NCBI GenBank assembly: GCA_965223855.1
Contig: CBDCXM010000009.1
Coordinates: forward strand, 1,760,001 to 1,824,000
Direction of reading: 5' to 3'
DNA from: Candidatus Multivoradales bacterium
GTDB taxonomy: Bacteria > Acidobacteriota > Thermoanaerobaculia > Multivoradales > JAHEKO01
DNA: 64,000 bases
Numbering within the stretch: the first letter of the stretch is position 1; every line of letters starts with the position of its first letter. Of this stretch, positions 56,796 to 64,000 are shown in pieces. The position numbers and the translations under genes are program-made. A model generated the notes under the pieces. That model was given only the letters and a program-made list of their open reading frames with translations. It made no database searches and had not been told where the DNA came from.

Positions 56796-57533
56796 ATGAG
56801 CCGCAAGAGACATTTCCTCCGTCTGCTCACCCTCGCCGGGGTGCTGGGTGCGATCGCGTGGGGTTGCTCCACCGACTCGCCGACGGCGCCCCAGCAGACA
56901 CCGGCCCCGCCGAGCGACGGCCCGCCAAGGGTCTATCGCGTGACCGTTCAGCCGCAGGCGCCCGGCGGGATCGTCATCGACGACCTCGCCAACAGCGGGG
57001 ACGAGAACCTGTCGATCAAGATTCGTGCCGTGAATCTCGCCACCGGCAACCCGGTGCCCGACGGCACTCTGCTCAACGTGACGACTTCGCTCGGCTCGTT
57101 CGATCCCGCGGCCACCCTGCGCGAGGTCGGTGTCGGCGTCGCCAACGGCGAGGCGTTCGTCACCCTCTTCGCCGACGGTCCGCCGAGTCAGCTCGGTGTC
57201 GCGACGATCGCGGCGACGCTTCAGGCGTCGCGCGGTACCGCTGAAGTGCCGATCCAGATTCTGGTGGCTGACTTCTTCACCAACAACCCAGAGAACAACC
57301 TGTCGGTGCGCTTCACCGACAACTCGCGCGGCAATCCGCGCAGCTTCTTCTGGGAGTTCGGTGACGGTGCGACCAGCACGCAGCAGAATCCTCTGCGGGA
57401 GTTCGTGGACCCCGGTACTTACACGGTCCGGTTCACTTGCTACAAGACGGTGGCCGGTGTGAGGCTGTCGTCGACCACGATCCAGAACATCACGGTTGCC
57501 GAGGAAGAAGAGCCGCCGATGGGCGAGCTCTGA
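56796..57533 (+). CDS. Lipoprotein with Ig-like (Big-1) and PKD domains
   Basis: Lipobox IAWGC; PVPDGT…TTSLG; PKD signature FTDNS.G.P…WEFGDG.TS.QQNP…PGTYTV. Confidence 0.8.
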   Translation: MSRKRHFLRLLTLAGVLGAIAWGCSTDSPTAPQQTPAPPSDGPPRVYRVTVQPQAPGGIVIDDLANSGDENLSIKIRAVNLATGNPVPDGTLLNVTTSLGSFDPAATLREVGVGVANGEAFVTLFADGPPSQLGVATIAATLQASRGTAEVPIQILVADFFTNNPENNLSVRFTDNSRGNPRSFFWEFGDGATSTQQNPLREFVDPGTYTVRFTCYKTVAGVRLSSTTIQNITVAEEEEPPMGEL

Positions 57534-57559
57534 CCCGAGAAACACGAACCTCCTTGGCC

Positions 57560-57591
57560 GGCGGCGGCTTCCTAGACGGGAAGCCGCCGCC
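57560..57591 (+). terminator. 13-bp GC hairpin (terminator or mRNA-stabilising structure)
   Basis: GGCGGCGGCTTCC-TAGACG-GGAAGCCGCCGCC perfect stem; U-tract is weak. Confidence 0.6.
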
Positions 57592-57610
57592 GTTCGTATA
57601 CTGAATCGAG

Positions 57611-58885
57611 ATGAAAAGGCTCGCTCTGCTCGCCGTCTGCCTGATGCCCTGGGCACCCGCCTGCGACCGCCCGACCCCGGTCGCACCCGAAGGCTCGACG
57701 CTCACCGTCACCGCGAATCCGTCGAAGATCGAGATCTTCGGCTCGTCGCAGATCACGATTCTGGCGAGGAAGGCGGATGGGACGCCGGTGAATGAGGGGA
57801 CCGAGGTCAGTTTGTCGACGAACCTGGGGACGATCGCAGAGCTGGTGCGTACGGACGCCGGCGGTGTGGCCAGGGCTACCCTCGAGGGCGACGGGAGAAT
57901 CGGCACGGCAACAGTACAGGCCTTCTCGGGTGCTGCTGGTGAGGCGATGCTCGATGTTCAGATCGGAGCGCTCGCTGCCTTCATGGAGTTGACCGCGCAA
58001 CCAAGTGTGATCCCGAGAGAGGGCGGTTCCTCGACCATCACGGCGACCGCGATCGACACAGACGGCTTGCCGATCGCAGGGGCGAACATCACCTTCTCGA
58101 GCGAGATAGGAGCTTTGGAATCAGGTGGTCAGGTACTGCAGGCCAACCAGAACGGGCAGGTGACAGATGTCGTCACCGTGGCGCCGGAAGACCTGGCCAG
58201 CCTCGCTGACGATTTTTTCCTGATCACAGCGACGACCAGTGGCGATGGAGGGGCGCCCATTGAAGAGGTCGTCGAGATTACCGTGGGCGGGACGCCGGCA
58301 ACCATCGCCTTCCAGGCTACACCGACGACGATCCCCATCAGTGGCGGAAGCGTAGGCCTTTTCGTCCTCGTGCGCGATGGGCTCGGCCTGCCATTGCAGG
58401 GGATCTCTGTCAACTTCCTCACCGATATCGGCAGCCTTGCTTCCGGAGGGAGCAGCATCATCACCGACGGGGCGGGGGAGGCTCGCGACACCCTCACGGC
58501 GACCGAGAGTGACCTGACGGCGTTCGGCGGGACCTCGTTCACCGTCCGGGTGCAGGCGGCGGGTATCGGAGGCAACATTCTCGAGAGTTCCTCGACGATC
58601 CGGATCCAGACCGGGATTCCGAGGGCTTCCTTCACTGCCGATCCGGTGGCGGACAGTTGCCTGGAGTATGTGTTTGCGAGCACCAGCACGGGGCAGGCAC
58701 CCCTCACCTGCGATTGGGTGCTGGACGGGGCTTCGCGCACGGGTTGCAACGGCTTCAATCAGACCTTCAACCAGGGTGGTCCGACGGAGAGACAGGTTTC
58801 ACTGACAGTGTCCAACTCTCTGGGGCAAGACCAGATCAATGGCACTGTCACCGTTCCCCACAGCAATGGGGACACCTGCCCCTAG
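57611..58885 (+). CDS. Lipoprotein with repeated Ig-like (invasin/Big-1) domains and a C-terminal PKD-like domain
   Basis: Lipobox WAPAC; three repeats of the A.P..I…G.S.I…G.P…V.F.T.IG pattern; terminal ASF…S.G…W…VSLTVSN..G. Confidence 0.75.
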   Translation: MKRLALLAVCLMPWAPACDRPTPVAPEGSTLTVTANPSKIEIFGSSQITILARKADGTPVNEGTEVSLSTNLGTIAELVRTDAGGVARATLEGDGRIGTATVQAFSGAAGEAMLDVQIGALAAFMELTAQPSVIPREGGSSTITATAIDTDGLPIAGANITFSSEIGALESGGQVLQANQNGQVTDVVTVAPEDLASLADDFFLITATTSGDGGAPIEEVVEITVGGTPATIAFQATPTTIPISGGSVGLFVLVRDGLGLPLQGISVNFLTDIGSLASGGSSIITDGAGEARDTLTATESDLTAFGGTSFTVRVQAAGIGGNILESSSTIRIQTGIPRASFTADPVADSCLEYVFASTSTGQAPLTCDWVLDGASRTGCNGFNQTFNQGGPTERQVSLTVSNSLGQDQINGTVTVPHSNGDTCP

Positions 58886-58925
58886 AGCAGGGAGCCCTCC
58901 AGCCCGCATTGGTGCCTCACCAGAT

Positions 58926-59322
58926 AGATAGAAGCCTCAGAGGAATACCAGATAGAAGCCTCAGAGGAATACTGTGGGAGGGTGAGTTCAGTGCGGCTCT
59001 GGATCGGCTGCTCCGGTGAGGGGCCGCCCCGTTTGCGTGCGGGGAGTGCGGATGCCGCGACTCCGCAGCGAGCCGAGGCCGAGTCGGTGCTCCTCGGGTG
59101 TTCTCGACTTCAAGGCGCGACACTTCGGGACGCCAGCAGATAGAAGCCTCAGAGGAATACTGTGGGAGGGTGAGTTCAGTGCGGCTCTGGATCGGCTGCT
59201 CCGGTGAGGGGCCGCCCTGTTTGCGTGCGGGGAGTGCGGATGCCGCGACTCCGCAGCGAGCCGAGGCCGAATCGGTGCTCCTCGGGTGTTCTCGACTGCA
59301 AGGCGCGACACTTCGGGACGCC
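58926..59322. repeat. Tandem 186-bp direct repeat x2 (period 188) plus an extra copy of its ~24-bp head
   Basis: Copies 58949-59134 and 59137-59322 differ at 3 positions; AGATAGAAGCCTCAGAGGAATAC also at 58926-58948. Confidence 0.95.
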
Positions 59323-59375
59323 GCAGCTCGCCATCGTATCGACGACAGCGACGAGGGAGCGAAGGAGCGTCCAGT

Positions 59376-60281
59376 CTAGATTCTGAGGGGCACGTATCGC
59401 CCGGATGGGAGGAACGAACCAGGCGGGAACTCGGCCGGTCTGCCGGCCTCTAGGGCTGTGGCAGCACGCCGGTAGTCGATCACGAACCACTGGTAGGCCT
59501 CTTCGAGCGCCTTGCGAACCGCTCGATCGATCGCATGGAAGCGCGGCGCCGGAGTTCGGTCAGGACGGGTGGACGGGCGATCGTGGGGATGCTGTCTGAG
59601 GATCGCCTCTCTGCCCAGGACTTCGTGGCCTTCGACCTCTTCTTCGATCTCGCGAACGATGGCTCGCACCCTCGCCTGACGTTGCGATTCGCTCAGGTGG
59701 CTCCAGGTCGGGAGCGGTGTGATCTCGAGGCGCTCTTCCTGTGCGAACTCGGCGTCTGGGGCGCGATGCCCGTTCTCACGAGCACGATACTGAGCGCTCC
59801 GATCGATCCAGACTCCTTTGAGCTCTCGCCCCTCCGTCAAGGCTCGTAGGCACGTGACGCCGGGCCAGTGCCTGGGAGAGGCGACGAGCCGCTCCTTGCA
59901 GCCGTGAGCCAGCAGGTAGCGAAGGCGCTTTTCCGACATCTCCCGTTCTTCGCTGAGATCGATACTCGTGTAGCGGCGCTCGAAGATGCCGCCGCGCCAG
60001 TCGTGGAGCCGACCGAGCTCCTTGGCGACCTTCGAGTGGGCGTAGCGCATGAAGTCGGCGAGCTGCTTGCCGTCGTCGGGCCACAGCAGCAAGTGGGCGT
60101 GATTGGAGAGGTAAACGCAGTAGCAGACCTTCATGCCGTACTTACGCTGGGCTCTGGCGAGGGCACCCACGACGATGTCGTTGACCTTGCGGGAAGGTCG
60201 CAGCAGGAACCGGCGCTGAACAGCGCGAGTCGTGACCTCGACAAGGCGTGGACCGGGCAGATGGCGAAGCTTGTAACCCAT
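59376..60281 (-). mobile_element. REP-associated tyrosine transposase (RAYT, IS200/Y1 HUH family)
   Basis: VTTR…FLL, HUH motif LSNHAHLLL, G.IFERRY, catalytic-Tyr region RYLLAHGCKERLV…P..WP; 301 aa; no TnpB. Confidence 0.8.
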
Positions 60282-60318
60282 ACTCGTCCCTTCAGACGCA
60301 AAGCGAACCCATCTCCTT

Positions 60319-60377
60319 GCAGTATTCCTGTGACACCTGCTCTTGGGGGCAGTATTCCTGTGACACCTGCTCTTGGG
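60319..60377. repeat. 30-bp tandem repeat x2 upstream of the RAYT gene
   Basis: GCAGTATTCCTGTGACACCTGCTCTTGGG at 60319 and 60349. Confidence 0.95.
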
Positions 60378-60533
60378 CGGCTCCAGACTGGGGGCTTGAA
60401 GTAGCGACAGCAGGGGTGCGAAGGCCAGGGCGGCTCGCCCTGCTGTTGTAGAGTTGTCGGTCTCGGGAGTTTTCGACGTACCGCTCCTCGGCTTCACCCT
60501 GGCCCCGGGAGCGGCTGTAGCCGTCTGATCGCC

Positions 60534-61697
60534 ATGCCTGAAGACTTCACCTCCACTCAGATCGAGATGCTCGACCGCCGTTGGCGGGAGGATCCGAGCC
60601 CTCATCTGTCGCTGCAGCTGGCGGATCTCTACCGCCAGGGGGGGAAGCTCAGAGAGGCGTTGCCGGTGCTCGAGAAGGGCCTGGAGCGTCATCCGGAGAG
60701 CGTCTCTCTGCGCGTGGCGCTCGGCCGCTATCAGATGGAGCTCGGGGACCCGGAGAGCGCCGCGGAGTCGCTGCGTTCGGTGGTCGATGCCGACCCGGGC
60801 CACCTGGTTGCCAACAAGCTGCTGATCCGGGCCCATCTGGCCGTCGGGGAGGTTCAGCGGGCGACCGATCGGCTCGATCTCTACGCTCTGCTCAACGACA
60901 GCGATCCGGAGATCGAGAGCCTGCGCTCCGCCGTCGAGGGGAGGGCGAAGGCGAGTCCCCAGGTCGCGGCGAGCGAGTCGCTCACCTCGTCTCCGGCGAT
61001 CGAGCGTGCCGGTCCGGTAGCCGTCGGGACGGCGACACCGGGAGGAGCGAAGGACGGGGGCCTGCTGGGGGGCGACCTGCGTACGGTTCCACCTCCGGTG
61101 CGGCGCACTCTGAGTGGACGTTTCGACAGCGGGCCGTTCGAGGTCGGAGTACGCGCCGCGTCCCCGAGTCTGCTCGAGCTTCTCGGGCTTTCCTCCGCGG
61201 CGGCCCCCGCGACCGGGGCCGAGAGCATGGTGCGCGAGAGCCCCGGCATCGAGAGTTCCGGCATCGAAAGCCCCGGGGCCGTGGATGTTCAGTTCTCGCC
61301 GGAGCCGCCGCCGTCCGAACCTCGGCCGGAGCCGGAGGCGACAGTGGAGCCGATCTTCGATGAGCCCGCTTCCGAGATCGAAGAGGCCTCGGAGCCGGAG
61401 GGTGAGAGCGATGGCCCGACATCGGTCGACGCCGGTGCCGCCGCGACGTCGACGCTCGGCATGCTCTATCTGGACCAGGGCCACCTCGACGATGCGGAGG
61501 AGACGTTTCGTCGGGTTCTCGAGCGGGATCCCGAGGACGCGGAAGCGCAGGCGGGCCTGGCCGAGATCGAGGCGCGCCGCAGCGGCCCGATCGAGACGCG
61601 AACCGATTCGCCCGACGACGACGCAGACGGCGACCCGCGCGTGGTCGCCTTGCGGCGCTATCTCGGTAGAATCCGCGCTGCGGCGAAGTCGGGCTGA
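60534..61697 (+). CDS. Tetratricopeptide-repeat protein with acidic low-complexity linker
   Basis: LADLYRQ.G…A…LEKGLERHP…LGR; C-terminal TLGMLYLDQGH…FRRVLERDP. Confidence 0.85.
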   Translation: MPEDFTSTQIEMLDRRWREDPSPHLSLQLADLYRQGGKLREALPVLEKGLERHPESVSLRVALGRYQMELGDPESAAESLRSVVDADPGHLVANKLLIRAHLAVGEVQRATDRLDLYALLNDSDPEIESLRSAVEGRAKASPQVAASESLTSSPAIERAGPVAVGTATPGGAKDGGLLGGDLRTVPPPVRRTLSGRFDSGPFEVGVRAASPSLLELLGLSSAAAPATGAESMVRESPGIESSGIESPGAVDVQFSPEPPPSEPRPEPEATVEPIFDEPASEIEEASEPEGESDGPTSVDAGAAATSTLGMLYLDQGHLDDAEETFRRVLERDPEDAEAQAGLAEIEARRSGPIETRTDSPDDDADGDPRVVALRRYLGRIRAAAKSG

Positions 61698-61714
61698 GTC
61701 GCCGGAGGTCACCT

Positions 61715-62068
61715 ATGTTTCGAGAGCGCTTGAACGATCTACGCCGGCAGGTCCCCGAGGCCGAGGCCGTCTGCCTCGTCGCCGAGGACGGGATCGCCGT
61801 CGAATCGGTAGGAGGCGACGACCTCGATCTGGAGGTGCTGGCTGCGGAGCTCGTGGCGATGGCTCGTGCGGTCTCGAGCGAACAGCGCGGCCTCGGAATC
61901 GGCGAGGCCGCAAGGCTCGAGCTCGACACGCCGAAGTACGGCGTGCTGCTGAACCAGCTGCAGGCCGGCTACTACCTGATCGTGGTGACGGCACCCGGAG
62001 CCTTCGCCGGTAAGACCCGCTTCGAGGCGCGCCGGGCGGCTCTGACGTTCGAAGACGAGCTGATTTGA
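61715..62068 (+). CDS. Roadblock/LC7 domain protein (MglC-like)
   Basis: 117 aa; [20 protein letters not shown]: roadblock pattern. Confidence 0.8.
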   Translation: MFRERLNDLRRQVPEAEAVCLVAEDGIAVESVGGDDLDLEVLAAELVAMARAVSSEQRGLGIGEAARLELDTPKYGVLLNQLQAGYYLIVVTAPGAFAGKTRFEARRAALTFEDELI

Positions 62069-62147
62069 GGACCCCAGCGGCTTTGCGGTCTCCGTACCGG
62101 CGTCGTACGGCGGAGACGGCAGAGCGCTCCATTCCCGGAGGAAACCC

Positions 62148-62645
<498 letters not shown>

Positions 62646-62686
62646 GGCAGCCGCCTCGGCCGCCGTAGAGACGGGGAAGCGCCTCC

Positions 62687-64000
<1,314 letters not shown>

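Noticed and set aside
58926-59160. Three copies of a ~24-bp sequence resembling a CRISPR repeat
   Set aside because: Spacing is 24 then 188 bp, the intervening sequences are duplicates rather than unique spacers, and there are no cas genes
59376-61712. 778-aa ORF suggesting a giant transposase fusion
   Set aside because: Only the last 301 aa (from ATG 60281) look like a transposase; the rest is antisense to the TPR gene and reads through the tandem repeat

Overview
GC-rich bacterial window; gene content and order suggest Acidobacteriota (inference, not tested). Layout: (1) 17-23379, a Wzx/Wzy-type surface-polysaccharide locus with three sulfotransferases, two SAM methyltransferases, four GT4 enzymes, two divergent Pol-beta-like nucleotidyltransferase genes, an AsnB amidotransferase, a bi-domain oxidoreductase, a heparinase II/III-like protein, TagA/WecB and WecA/MraY. 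(2) 23490-31577, directly abutting it, a complete lasso-peptide-type RiPP cluster (RRE/B1, HPr-kinase-like kinase, 57-aa precursor, AsnB-like cyclase, nucleotidyltransferase, methyltransferase, ABC exporter, B2 peptidase). Its precursor breaks the usual lasso rules and lacks the C-terminal Ser that such kinases normally modify; this is the best candidate for an undescribed system. (3) 31737-50122, housekeeping and envelope genes (DsbA, PLP decarboxylase, manC, trmB, folK, lolA, tgt-yajC-secD-secF, relA/spoT), with two ~180-bp long-hairpin elements between genes. (4) 50622-58885, pilMNOPQ followed by three lipoproteins. (5) 58926-60377, a RAYT-like HUH transposase flanked by inverted-motif tandem repeats. 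(6) a TPR protein, an MglC-like roadblock protein, accB and a partial accC. No rRNA, tRNA or CRISPR array was seen. All product calls come from motif recognition by eye, not database searches.
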